Below, piece after piece: positions 44,330 through 56,286 of a stretch of 64,000 bases of DNA. Every line of letters starts with the position of its first letter. Within the stretch, counting starts at the first letter, position 1. A model generated the notes under the pieces. It searched no databases, was not told the DNA's origin, and saw nothing but the letters and a program-made list of their open reading frames with translations. The stretch is from Scenedesmus sp. PABB004 (taxonomy: Eukaryota): positions 186,001 to 250,000 of the forward strand of contig JABVCE010000011.1 of the NCBI GenBank assembly GCA_014905635.1, written 5' to 3'. The position numbers and the translations under genes are program-made.

Positions 44330-47300
44330 TCAACCCACCGCTCTCACCGCGCGTGGGGTGCCCGCTGGCCCACGCCCGGCTCGCCGCCCGCATCGCTGGC
44401 CGCGCGACCCGGCCCGCCGGGCGGCCGCGCCGCCAGAGCTGCCGCCGAGCGGCGCTGCCGGCGGCGCTGCGCCAGCGAGCGGGCCCGGCGGCCTCGCACC
44501 TTGCGGCGGCTGCGTGGGCCTGCTGCCCCATAGCCCGGGAGCCGCGACGCCACCGCCGGGGGAGCGCACGCACGTGCGTGCAGGGGGCGGCGCCTGCGGT
44601 CGCGGCAGAGCGAGCTGCGCGTGAGCGGCCGCGCGGCCAGCGGAGCGCGCCAGCGCCGCCGCTGCGACCGCCGCTGCCGTTGCCGCGTGCGCGCGCGTCC
44701 TCAGTGCTCGTTTGTCCTCGCCGACCGCCCCGACTGTGAATCGGGGCGGCTCAGACAGAAATCTCGTGTAGAGCATCACCGGACGCCGCGGCGCGGCGCG
44801 GCGCGCGGCACCCCACCCGCTGGCCCGTGCCGCACCTGCTCGGTGTGCCCAACCTGCTGGAGTGGTGCTTCTGTGTGTCGCGGCGGCCTCGCTCGTCGTC
44901 ACCTCAGCCGGGCGCCTCTGGCGGCGCGCTGGGCTGCTGCTGCAGCCCGCCGCCGCCTGGGCGCCCCGGGGCGGCTGCCAACGCCGCTGTTGCTGCTCCC
45001 GCTGCCCCTGCTGCCCCTGCTGCTGCCGCTGCCGCAGGTGGCGCCAGCCCGCGGTCATGTCGCCCGGGTCGCACCCCATCACCAGCAGCTTGTACAGCCG
45101 CCGCGGCGCGGCCTTGGCCGGCCGCCGCCCGTCCCGCGCCCGCCCGCCCAGCGGCGGCTCGGGCGGCTGCTCGCCGCCCGCCTCCGGCTGCTGCTGCTGC
45201 TCGCCGCCCGCATCCGGCGGCTGCTCGCGCGCCTCCTCCGGCTGCTGCTCACGCGCGGCCGGCTGCGCCGCCGTCTTCCAGGCGAGATAGGCGACGCAGT
45301 CGCGGCCGTGCAGGCTGAGCGCGAGGCGGCGCGACACGGCGACCGCCTGCAGCGCCACCGCCGCGCCGCCGGCGTCGCGCACAAAGACCTGCGCGGGGCC
45401 CGGGAACGAACGCGCGCCGCGCGGTCGTGAGCGGCCGAGTGCGGGGGCGCCGCCACGCCGCAGCAGCGCGCGCGCAAGCTCGCCCGCCGCCGCGGCGCTC
45501 ACCGAGGCGCAGCCGTTGCCGTGCAGCAGCTGCCGCAGCACCGCCTCGCCCAGAGTGTAGGCATTGCCGCCGGCCTCCGCGGCGAGCACCTGCTGGCGCG
45601 GCGCCGGCAGCGGCACCGGCCGCGCGACGCGGCGCAGCTGCAGCAGCAGCCCGTCCGCCGGAGGCTCCGGCACCGCGGGGCTCGCTGGCAGCGCGCCCAG
45701 CTGCAGCAGCAGCGTGGAGCTGCTGTACCTGCCGGCGGCGGCAGCGGCGGCGGCGGCGCGAGGGAGTCGGCGCAGGAGCGGGCGTGCCGCGCCGCGGCGG
45801 CGCAGGCTTGGCAGACGCAGCAGCAACGGCGGCGGCAGGCAGGTGCGCGTCCTCAGTGCTCGTTTGTCCTCGCCAACCGCCCCGACTGTGAATCGGGGCG
45901 GCTCAGACAGAAATCTCGTGTAGAGCATCACCGGACGCCGCGGCGCGGCGCGCCGCGCAACCCCACGGGGCCCCGTTGCGCCGCCACGCACAGGCGCGCG
46001 GGCCGCCGCGCACCTGTGCGCGTCGCGCATCGCCGTGCACACCGCGTCCAGCGCCAGCGCCGCGTCTGCGCGCGCGTCGAGCACGCCGACGCTGGCGGCG
46101 CCGTGGAAGCAGAGGTGGCGGTCCAGCAGCTCCCCGAGCGCGATCGGGCCCACCGACGGCGCGAGCCGCGCCGAACCAGCGGCGCCCGGCGGGCCACCGA
46201 GCAGGTACGAGGGGCTGCCCTGGCCCAGCGGGTGCCTGCGGGCGGCGCGCGGCGCGTGGGCGTCAGAGAGGCGGCGCGACGGTCGACGCGCGGGCGAGCG
46301 GCAAACGAGGCGGACAAGACCAAAACACGGGCACGCACGCGCAGGCACCTGTGTGCATGCAGCTGCTGCGTCAGCCCTCGTCCCGCCCCGACCCCTCGCC
46401 GGGCGCCGCCGCGCCGCCGCCGCGCGCGCCGCGGCGGCGGAACACGCAGGTGGCGGGCGTGGCGTGCGCGTCGCGCTCCGCGACCAGCAGGGTCAGCGTG
46501 TACGCGGTGATCGCCGTGGACGCGGCGGGGCTGCCGGGCGGCAGCGCCTCGGCGCGGCGCGTCGCGCCGACGTGCATCGCGAGCCCCTGCCCGCTGCCGC
46601 GCCGCAGCAGCACGTCGGCCAGCGCGACCGCGGTCAGCGCGTTGAGCGCGGCGATGCCGCCCGCCGTCTCCAGCCGGCAGCGGCCGCGCATCGCGAGCGC
46701 CGAGGCGACGAGCTTGGCGAGGCGCGGGGGGTCGGTGTGCCGCGACGCGCTGAGCGTCAGACGCTGCGACACCACCGCCGGCACGGCGAGCGGCGGCAGG
46801 CCCCGCACGCACGCCGGCAGCGCGCGGGGTCGGGCAGCGCGCCCTCCAGGCAGAGGTGCTTCCAGCTGCTGCCGCGCGGGCGCGCGGCGTCACCGCTGCC
46901 GACGCCGCCGCCGCCGCCGACGGCGCCCGCAGGCGGGCCCGCGTCGCCGTCCCCGGCCGCCGGCGCGGCGCCGCCGGGCGGCGGCAGCGGCGTCGGGTGG
47001 AGCACACCAGCGTAGGGCCAGAGGCGAGCCAGCAGGCGCATGCGGAGCGGGTCGTGCAGCGTGAAGCCCGCCTGGCAGAGCAGGCTGCAGCCGTGCTTGC
47101 GCTGCAGCAGGTCCGCCGCGATGCGCAGCACGGTGAGCGCCTTGCTCGCGCCGCCGTGGTCGTGGCACAGCAGCACCGCCGCGCCCTTGCCCGAGTGCAG
47201 GAGGCGGCGGACCAGGTAGCGCGCGGCGCGGTCGGCAGCGTTGTGTGGGCTGATCACCAGGTAATCCACCGGCCCGCCGCCGCCGGCGCCGCCGCCGACG

Positions 47301-48167
47301 CTGGCGCTGCTGCCGCTGGCGCTGGCGCTGCCGCTGGCGCCGGACGGCGGCACGTGCGTGCGGGCGGCGGCGGCGGCGGGGGCTGTCAGCGGCGCTGGCG
47401 GCGGCTGCGCGCGCAGGCGCCCCCACGCCCCCGCCGGCGCCGCGCGCTTGCTGGCTGGGACGGGCGCGCGCGGCAACGTGAACCAAGCACGCGACAACCT
47501 GAAACAACCACGCCGTGTGCGCGGCCGGGCGGAGCCTGCTCACCTCGGGGGCGGGCCCTGGCGCCACTCCGCGCTGCGCACGCGCCGCCGGCTGTGGTCG
47601 TAGGCGTACGGTGCGCCGTCGGCGCTGGGCTCCTGCCGCTCCTCTGCGGCGTCGCGCTGGGCCCGCTGCTGCCGCCGCCGCGGCTGCGCCGGGGCCGCCT
47701 CTGCGCCAGCAGCGCTCGCCGCCGGCCCCGGCTGCTCGCCGCCCGCCTCTGCGCCGCCAGCGGCCGCGGCGGGCGCCAGCGACGTGCGGGTGCGCCGGAA
47801 GGCCGCCGGTGGCGCGCGGGCGCCTGGCGCGGCGCGGGCGCGCGGGCAGGCGGGCAGCAGCAGCCGGGGGGCAGCAGCCGGGGCGCTGGCGCCCTGCAGC
47901 GCGGCCGCCACGGCCAGTGCGCGGGCCGGTGAGGTGCGCGAGCGTCCGTGAACTGCACTGACGCAGCCGTGGCGCCCGCAGCGCGCCGGGGCGGCCGGCC
48001 TGCGGGCAAAGCGGCGAGGCGCCACAACGGCGCGTCAGGCGAGGCCGCAGGCGGCAGGGCGGGTGCGGAGGGGACGCTCCGGCTGTCGCGGCGCCTCACC
48101 GGTCGGTCGCCCGGGCCGGCGCTGCTGGCGGGCCGCCGGCGCGCAGCGCGCCGCCGCTGCTGGCCAT
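44330..48167 (-). CDS. Hypothetical protein with about four SpoVS/Alba-like repeats; snoRNA host gene (both ends uncertain)
   Basis: Repeated units such as LTLSASRHTDPPRLAKLVASALAMRGRCRLETAGGIAALNALTAVALAD and LAAEAGGNAYTLGEAVLRQLLHGNGCASVFVRDAGGAAVALQAVAVSR; GT-AG introns. Confidence 0.55.
44695..44786 (-). ncRNA. Box C/D snoRNA, intronic, copy A
   Basis: Terminal stem GCGTCC/GGACGC; C box GTGATGC (44779-44773); D' CTGA (44754-44751); internal hairpin; C'-like GCGAGGA; D CTGA (44704-44701). The guide is antisense to ACAGAAATCTCGTGTAGA, an LSU rRNA-like sequence. Confidence 0.8.
45847..45938 (-). ncRNA. Box C/D snoRNA, intronic, copy B
   Basis: Identical to copy A (offset 1152 nt) except one base (45875 vs 44723); lies in intron ~45729-46013. 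Confidence 0.8.
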
Positions 48168-48580
48168 CCGGCGGCGTCCTGGGCGGCTAGGTCGCTGCCG
48201 CTGCTAGGTCTGCCATATTCTTATGGGGCGGGGAGCGGCGGGCGGGCACTTCGAGGCCGCACGGTGTCGCGGCAGACCGCCGCAAGACGCGGCAGACCCT
48301 GCGCCGCGGTGTGCGGCACCGCCGCCGCCGGCTGCGGCCCGCAGGCGTCCGCCGAGCCAGCAGGAGCGCAGTGATCCCCCCATCGGCAGGCAGCCGCCGC
48401 CTCCACACACGGGCCGCTGCTGCGGGCCGGCGCTGCTGCCGCCGCTGCTGCAGCCGCTGCCGCCGCGCGGCGCCGCCAGGCCAGCTGCGATCGATCCCAA
48501 GCCGCTTCCGGGCATAGACGCAGTGCACTTCGTGTACTCGGCCAGGCGCGCGGGGCGCCTGGAGGGGCGGGGCTGCCGCG

Positions 48581-50062
48581 ATGGAGCCCGCCCCTCTCCG
48601 CGGCGCCTGGCTGCTGGCGGCGGCTCTCTGGCTGCTTGAGCTGCTGGAATGCCTGCGCGACGCCTGGCGCCGGCTGGCTCGCGGCGGCGCGCCGCCGCGC
48701 GCGGGCGGCAGCTGCCCGGCGCCGCCGACCGTCGTGGGCATCGTGCTGGCGGAGCCGCGCCCCGCCGACATCTCCCTGCGCGCCGTGGCGCGCGTCTCGG
48801 GCTGGTGAGGCTGTGGGCGGGCAGCGGCGGCGCGCGAGGACAGGGGGCAGCGCTGGCAGCGCTGGCAGCGGTGGTCGCCGCCAGGCTTGGCACCGCGCCG
48901 CCGCGACCGCCGCCGCGACCGCGGCCGCCGCGCAGGTGCATGGCGCAGGGCGTCACGCAGCTGCACCTCTATGATCCCTCGGGCCACCTCAAGCGCTGCC
49001 GGGGCGTGCTGGACGACGCGCTGGCCGCGGCGGCGGTGCAGGAGGGCCGGCGCGTCGCCCCAGCGAAGGTGCGGCCGGCCGCGGGCGCGGCGGGGCGCTG
49101 AGCCGTGCGCGACGCGGCGGCGTCCCGCCCACGCGCTGCCGCACCGCGCCACCGCGCCGCAGAGCGGCTGGCCCGTTGAGCCAGCGGCAGCGACAGAGCA
49201 GCAGGCGCAGCAGCAGGGGCAGCAGCAGGGGCAGCAGCAGGGGCAGCAGCAGGGGCAGCAGCAGGGGCAGCAGCAGGGGCAGCAGGGCCAGCAGCAGGGG
49301 CAGCAGGGGCAGCAAGGGCAGCAGCAGGGGCAGCAGCAGGCAGGGACCGCGCAGGCAGGGTCGGGCGCGTCCGGCGGCGGCGGCGGCGGCAGAGCAGGGG
49401 CCGCGGCGGCGCCCGCCGTGACGGTGCGGCTGCTGTCAGCCGAGGACGGTCTCCTGCCCATCGTGGAGGCGACGCTGCAGCGCTGCAGCGCGGCCGCGGC
49501 GGCGGCCGCCTCCGCCGGCGCTGCAGACGCGCCGGCGGGCAAGCGCCAGCTGTTTGGCGGCGGCGGCGCCGCCGCCCCGCGCGAGGCGTGCCGCTGCGGC
49601 GGGCCGCCGGCGGACGCCGGCGCGCCGGGCGACGCGGCCCAGCGGCGGCGGCGCGGCGCCGCGCGCGCGTGCGGCGGCGGGGCGTGCGCCTCCCCGGCGG
49701 CGGACGGTGGCAACGGCTGGCCCGGCGGCGCGCCGCCGGCGCAGCGCTGCTGCTGCGGGCCGGGCGAGGCACGGGCGGCGAAGCGCGGCGCGGCGCTGCC
49801 GGGCGCGCCGGCGCGCCGCGCGCCCGCGCCGCCGGTGAGCCTGCTGCCGGAGCTCGCCGCGCTCGGCGGCGAGGCGGGCCTGCTGGACGAGCCGCAGCTG
49901 CTGCTCGTGTACGGCCCCGTCCTCAGCCTGGCCGGGTACCCTCCGTTTCACACGCGCGCCGCCGAGGTGCAGCACCTCGGGCCGCTCGCAGCCGCGACCC
50001 GCGGCGGCGTGGCCGCCGCGTTCGCGCGCCACTGCCGCGTGCTGCAGCGCCACGGCGCCTAG
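48581..50062 (+). CDS. NUS1: NUS1/NgBR-like cis-prenyltransferase accessory subunit, 3 exons
   Basis: VGIVLAE..V..WC.AQGV..LHLYDPSGHLK, VRLLSAEDG, EPQLLLVYGP..SLAGYPPF..R.AEV, C-terminal QRHGA (RxG). Confidence 0.82.
49198..49339 (+). repeat. Coding repeat (CAGCAGCAGGGG)n encoding QQQG
   Basis: Directly visible 12-nt tandem unit with 9-nt variants. Confidence 0.9.
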
Positions 50063-50747
50063 GCGGCGGCGGCATCGCGCGCGCGTTGCCCTGGTGTTAC
50101 TCGCGAGCCGAGCCGAGCGCGCCGCCAATCGATCGAGATCCCAGCTCCGTTCTCAAGTCCGCCAGCGCCGCCGACCAGACTTGGCAACCAACGACGGCGA
50201 TGGTAGGGAGCGCGAAGGGCGTCGGGCCCACGTGCTGCGTGCACGTGGGCCCGACGAGGCCAGGGCAGTGCAGCAGTCCGCCGTTCAAATGATCATCAGT
50301 TTGGCGGTGCGTGCGTCCAAAGTCGATCGCAAGGGTTGCAGGGTGCCCGCGTCCCTGGCTGGCAGCGGCGGCGCGCGGCAGCGCGCGCGCGCGCGGACGC
50401 GGGCTTATCAAAGGCCATGCACCATCCCGCTTGAGCGTGCGCCACAAGCTCCTCTCATGCCGATCAATCGCAAGGCAGACGCCCTGACAAAGCCACACGC
50501 GCTGCGCGCCGCCGTCGGCGCGGCCGCCGGCGCCCCCCCCCCCCCCCCTCTTTCCCCCACATCCCACCCTCGAGCCGCCTTGCGCCCATCCAGGGCAGGG
50601 CCTGCGCGCGAGCAGGCAACGCGTTGCGTTCGCCCCAGCAGGCTGAGGGGGTCACGCGCCCGCCCCCGCGCCGCGGCAATGCTTATGGGTGCCACCGCCG
50701 TCAAAGGAAGGCGCACGCAACCCTCAGTGCCGCCGGCGCAGCTGCGC

Positions 50748-53546
50748 TCAGCCGCTGACGCCCTCCACGTCGCTGCTTGTGCTGGCCGGCATCGAAAACG
50801 GGCCACCCGCCGTCTCGAGCAGCTCCTGGCGGCGGCGCGGGCGGCGGCGCGGGCGGGCTGGGGGGCGGGCGCGCGCGCGCTCGGGCCGCGCGGGCCTCGC
50901 TGAGCTCGGCCGGCCGCGCCGCGGCGGCGCCGCGGCGGCGTCGGTGCCGCGTGCTGCGCGCCTGCAGCGCCGTGACGATGGCGTCAAACGTCGGCCGGTC
51001 CTCGCGCCGCTCCGCCCAGCACGCCTCGGCGAGGCTCTGGTAGCCGGGCGGGCTGCGAACGCGCGGCGCGTGGTGAGCCAGGGCGCGGCGCGGCGCGGCG
51101 CGGCGCCGGCGCGGCCGAGGCCCGCGGCGCCCGAGCGCGCACCTGCCGACGGGGAACAGTGGCCGGCTCTGCTGCCGCATCACGCGCCTGGCGATGGACT
51201 CGGCGCGCTGCCCCGAGTAGAGGCGCTGGCACGCGTAGCACTCGTACCTGCCGGCGGCGGCGGCGCGGCCGCGCGGCGGGCGGCGCGGTGTCGGCGGGGT
51301 GGGAGGAGGGGGAGGCCTGGAGGGCTCGCCCCTCAAACGCAACGCCCATGAGTCGCTGATGCCCCGCACACGGCCCGACGCGCACTGCATGGCGCCGGCG
51401 CGCTCACATCATGATGCCAAACGCGAAGGCATCCACCGCGGGCGTGATCTTGCTGCCCGCCTGCGCGGGGTTGCGGCGCGGCGGCGTCGGCGCGGCGGCG
51501 TCAGCGGCGGCGTCAGCGGTAGCGGCGCGGCCGGCGCGCGCCCCGCAGTCTCGGAGCGAGGGCGGGGCGCCAGGCGCGCCTGGAAGAGCTCGGGCGCGAG
51601 GTGCGTCACGGTGCCGCTGCCGCTGCGGTTGGTCACGTACGACTTGCTCAGCAGCAGCTTGGCCAGGCCAAAGTCGGCGAGCTGCGGCGCGGCGGCGGCG
51701 GCACGCGCGGCGGCGGCAGGGGCGTGAGCGGGGCGCGCGCCGGGCGTGGGCGGCGGCGGCGGCGGCCGGCGGCGCGCCTTGCAGACAAAGCCGGTGGGGC
51801 TCGCGCACGACGACTGCGGCGGCAGCAGCGGCAGCGCGCGGAGCGCGTCAGCGGCAGTGGCGGCGGAGCCTCGCGCGCCGCGCGCGCGCACGCCGCCTCC
51901 GGCGCGGGCATGCGCGCCCAGGGGGGGGAGCAGGGCGCCCACGCCCGCGCGCGCCTGGAGCAGCACGTTCTCTGCCTTGACGTCGCAGTGAAGCACGCCC
52001 AGGGAGTGCAGGTGCTGCAGGCTGCGCGCCACCTCCAGCATCACCTGCGCGCGTGCGCGGCGCGTCCGCGGCGGCGGCTGTGGCGGCGGCCCAACGCGGG
52101 CGCGGCGCCGCGGCGATGCCGCGCCCGCGTGCGGTGCGCACCGTGACGAGCAGGCGCATGTCCACGACCAGCCCCTGGCTCGCCGTGCGCCGGTGCAGCA
52201 GGCCGCGCCGCATCGCGCTGCGCAGGTTGCCGCGGTCCGCCACTGCGGCGGCCGCGGCGGCGGCCGCGGCGGCGCGGCGGGCAGGCCGTGCGTCGGCCCG
52301 CGCGCGCGCGAGCACCGCGGCGGCGGGCGGCGGGCGGCGGTGGGGTTTTGAGCCAGCCTCCTAAACCGCGCGGGGCCCCTAAGCCACTCACTCTCCATGA
52401 CCACGATGTTGCACAGCGCGCCGACCTGCGCCTCGGCGTGTGCGCGCGCGGGGCGGAAGCGCCGCGCGACGTGCCCGCCGTCCACCGCGGGCTGCACGTT
52501 GGGGTCTGCGCGGCCGGCAGCGTGGGGCCGGGGCGGCGGCGGCGTGGGGCCGGCGCGGTGGCGGCGGCCCGGCGCGCCCAGCCTCACGCCGCGTCGCCGC
52601 ACCTGCCTCCTCGACCATGTCCGTCAGGCAGGCAAACACTCGCACCTGCGCGCGCGCGCGCGGGCCGGCGCGCCGCGTGGAGCGGTCAACGCACGCGCGC
52701 ATGCGCGCGCGCGTGCGCGCCTGGCCGGCCGCGGCGGCGCGTCGGGTGCAGCAGCCGCCGCCGCGGCGCGCGCGCCGCCAGCGCAGCGCGTGCGCGGCAG
52801 CTGCCGCGGCGCGCGGGCGCGGCGCGGGCGCGGGCGCGCTGGCAACGCACGACGTTGGGGTGGCGGATGGTCGACAGCACGCTCATCTCCAGCGCGTTCT
52901 GCGGCGCGGGGCGCGGGGCGCGGGGCGGGGCGCAGGGCGCGCGGGCGGCGCGTCGTCGTCGCCGGCAGCGCGCGGGCCGCGGCGGTCAACGCACCGCGCG
53001 GCGCGCAGGGGTCGGGCACCGGCGCGCGCGCCCGGGCGCGCACCTTGTACAGCGCGCGCTCGGCCGGCTCCACGTACATCACCTGCGCGAGGCGGCGCGG
53101 GGGCAACCGTAACACGGCGCCAGCCCAGCGCCAGGCCGGGCGGCGCCAAGCCGCGCCCGGCGCCGCGCCGCGACCGGCGGGGACCGCGGGGGCCGGCGGG
53201 GCTTGCGGCGCACCTTGATCGCGGCGGGGGAGCCGCACCAGCTGCCGGCGTAGACGCTGCCAAAGCCGCCCTTGCCGACGATGCTGCGGCGCCGTGCGCG
53301 CGCACGCGTGCGTGAGCGGCGCGCGAGGCGCGGCGGCGCGAGGCCACAGCGCCGCCTCGCGCGCGCCGCGCACCTGGAGAGCTGCAGCTCGCTCACGTAG
53401 TCGTTGTCGGAGTGCCGGTCCCGCTTGGCCAGCACCCGCTGCCGCAGCATCTGCGGGGTGGCGGTGGCGGTGGCAGTGGCGGCGGGTGGGCGGCGGGTGG
53501 ACGGCGGCCGCCCTCGACCAAACTGCAGCGCCCCCCCCCCCCCCAC

Positions 53547-53579
<33 letters not shown>

Positions 53580-55655
53580 ACGCACGCACCTCGACCATGC
53601 TGCCAGTGGTTGCCGACTCGCGCAGCGGCCCCCGGCTGCTGCCGCCGGCGACAGGGCTGCCCGCGCCCGCCGCCGCGCCGATGCTGGACGCGGTCGGGGG
53701 GCCGCCGCACGCGTCTGCGCTGGAGGAGGCGGCCGACGAGGGCGCGCCGCCGCCGCCCAGCAGTGTGGCCTGCCAGTCGGCGCTGTGCGTGCGCGCGCTG
53801 ACGAGCTGCGGCGCGGCCGCGGCGGCCCGCGGCGTGGGCGGGTCGAGCCGCGCGCCGCGCTTGCTGCTGTGCGCCTCGGCGAGCTCCACCCACACGCCCG
53901 CGCGCCACGCCGGCGGCTGCTGCGCGACGAGCCGCGCCACCAGGCCCGTGAGGCCCAGCAACGCCGACCGGCAGCGCGCCAGGCCCGGCCCCTCGGGCCA
54001 GGGCTGCGCGTGCGTCACGTACAGCGCGCCCCACGCCGCGGGCTGCTGCCGCACGCCGCCGCCGCCGCCGCCGCCGCCGACCGCCTCGGCCTCCGTCGGC
54101 AGCAGCAGCGGCGCGACCAGGATGCTGCCGACCACCTGCCCGCCCTCGCCGGCCGTGAAGATGTCATGCGCCGGCTCACGCGAGCCCTGCGAGCGCGTGC
54201 GCGTGCGCGGGGCGGGGCGGGCGGCGTCGACCGTGCGCGGCGCGGGTGCGCGGGCCGCGCGGGCAGCCGGCGCGGGCGCGGGCCGCGGCCGTCCAGCGCG
54301 CGCGGGCGCGGCCGCGCCGCGCACGCGCCTGCAGGAACGCGGTGGTGTCACGCACAAAGCGCGGGCCGCCGCGCGACACCGCCTCACGCAGCAGCGTGTC
54401 AGCGGCGGCGCAGCGCACGGCCGTCAGCTCGTCGTCGGCGCCGCCCGGCTGTGCGCCGGCCGCGCCGGCCGCGCCGGCGTCGCCGGCGTCGCCGCGCTGC
54501 CGCCCGTGCAACAGCAGCATGGACTCGCCGTCGGGCGAGAGCAGCCCCAGGCGGACGCCGAGTTGCATGTTGGCGGCCGCCTCGAGCAGCGCCGCGCCGG
54601 CGAGCAGCTGCGAGGCAAACGCGGCGCCGCCGCGCGCCGCCGCGAGCTGCGGCAGCAGGGCCGTCAGCGCGGTGACGAGCGGCGCACGCAGCAGGCGCAC
54701 GAGGCCGGTGCCCGCGATGCTCAGCAGCAGCTCCCACCAGTCCTCCCCGAACGCCGCCGGCGCGGCGCTGGCGAGGCAGAGCACGCCGATGAGCGCGCCG
54801 CGCGCGCCCGTGAAGGGCACGGCCATGAATGTGCGCAGCCCCGCGGCGCCGTGCAGCAGCGCCCAGTCGTCGGGCAGCGCCGCCGCCTCGTCGTGGCCGC
54901 CGCCCACGGAGCGGTACAGCAGCGCCGGCAGCGCCGGCTGCGCCGCCAGCCAGCCCGCCGCGCAGCGCGCGCCCCCGACCACGGCGCCGCGCGCGAGCAG
55001 CGCGCCCGCGCCGTCGCCGGCCGCCGCCATGAGCACCGCCGCGCCGGGCTGGCACGCCGTCAGGCTGCGCCGGGCGGCGGTGCAGGCGGGGCGCGGGCGG
55101 CGGCTTGGCGGGTGGCGCGGGCGGGGCCCGCGACGCCCGCGGTGGCGCAGCGCACCTGACCAGGGCGGCCTCTGGCTCCAGCGCGGCCTGCAGCTTCGCT
55201 GCCGCCGTCGCCAGGGCCTCCGGGCCGTCCCCCGGGATGAGCAGGAGCTCGTTGAGGATGGCCTTGACCTGGGCGCGCAGGGCGGCGGCGGGTCGGCGCT
55301 GCGCGTCGCAGCTGCCGCCCGCTGATCGCCCCGCAGATTTCCCGGCGCGCGCGCGCCCGCGGCCACGCCCCTCGACTGCGCGCGGGGTCCAGGGAAGCCG
55401 GAGCGGGCGCGTGCCCGGCAGCGCGGGGGGCGCGGGACGGCCTGCTGCTGCCGCGGGCCCCGCCAGCAGCAGCGCGCTCACCGCGCTCAGCTGCGGCGCC
55501 AGGCCCAGCGCATCGCGCAGGCCCGAGTGCGCACGCGCAGTCACCGGGCCGGCAGGCTCGTTTCCGCGCTCCGCGGTGGTGGCGAGGCCCGGCGACGTGC
55601 CGCGCTGCTCGCCACCGCCGCCCGCCACCGCGGGCGTGGAGCTGGCACAGCCCAT
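50748..55655 (-). CDS. TKL/Raf-like protein kinase with N-acylation motif and tandem GAF-like domains
   Basis: Starts MGCASS; GAF-like GLRTFMAVPF..IGVLCLAS; kinase motifs VGKGGFGSVY, AAIK, HPNVV, LHCDVKAENVLL, KLADFGLA, GTVTHLAPE, DAFAFGIMM, CW...REDRPTF. Confidence 0.9.
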
Positions 55656-56134
55656 GAGCTCCCACGGTCAGGTCGTGCGCCCGCGCATCGCAGCTGGAGC
55701 TGAGCTCGCGTGCGCGCCGCCGCCGCCGCGCCGCTGCAGGTGTGGCTGGGGGCGCGCGCCCATGCGCTCATCGCTGTTTGAGCCGCCCGGGCGTGCGCAC
55801 GAGCAAGCTCGACCTTTGCGGCGCCGCCGCCGCACTCGGCAGCCGGGCGGGCGCACGTCAGCCGCGGGGGCGGCGCCGCGCGACACGGGTGCGCAGTGCG
55901 CAAGCTGCGGCCTGCTCTGGGCCGCTGTGAGGACGGTGCGGCCGGTCGGTCGGTTGCCGCCGCTGCCCGGGCACGCGCGCCCTGCGCCAGCGCCGGCCGC
56001 GCGCGCGCCTCGGGCGTGGCGGCCGGCGCCCGCTCGGGTGCCGGCCGGGCCAGCGCGCACAGCAGCAGCGCGCACAGGGCCGCGGCGCCACAGCACAGCA
56101 CAGCTGGCCCCTCGCACGCTGGGCTGACCGGCCG

Positions 56135-56231
56135 TCAGCTCGACGCGGCGTGGTGCCCGTGCGGCGGCAGTGGCGGCAGCCCCGCGGCGCTGCCGGTTGC
56201 CGCTGCCGCCTCCGACTGCTGCTGCTGCTGC

Positions 56232-56286
<55 letters not shown>

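Noticed and set aside
44695..45960. Direct repeat read as LTRs, a CRISPR array or an rRNA fragment
   Set aside because: Only two copies, no TG..CA ends or TSD, host exons lie between them, and box C/D architecture explains the short rRNA-matching stretch.
6540..46840. Apparent frameshifts in YidD (~6550), RSH (~11200, ~12065), eIF4G (~29306, ~30630) and the SpoVS-like gene (~46830), read as pseudogenes or programmed frameshifting
   Set aside because: They fall in C/G-rich runs of otherwise intact genes; consensus indel errors are the simplest explanation, and read polishing would decide.
56213..56285. Long CTG/CAG run (poly-Gln in the glutamate 5-kinase tail), and CA/GA/poly-C tracts at ~53547, ~21135 and ~38859
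   Set aside because: Ordinary microsatellites.
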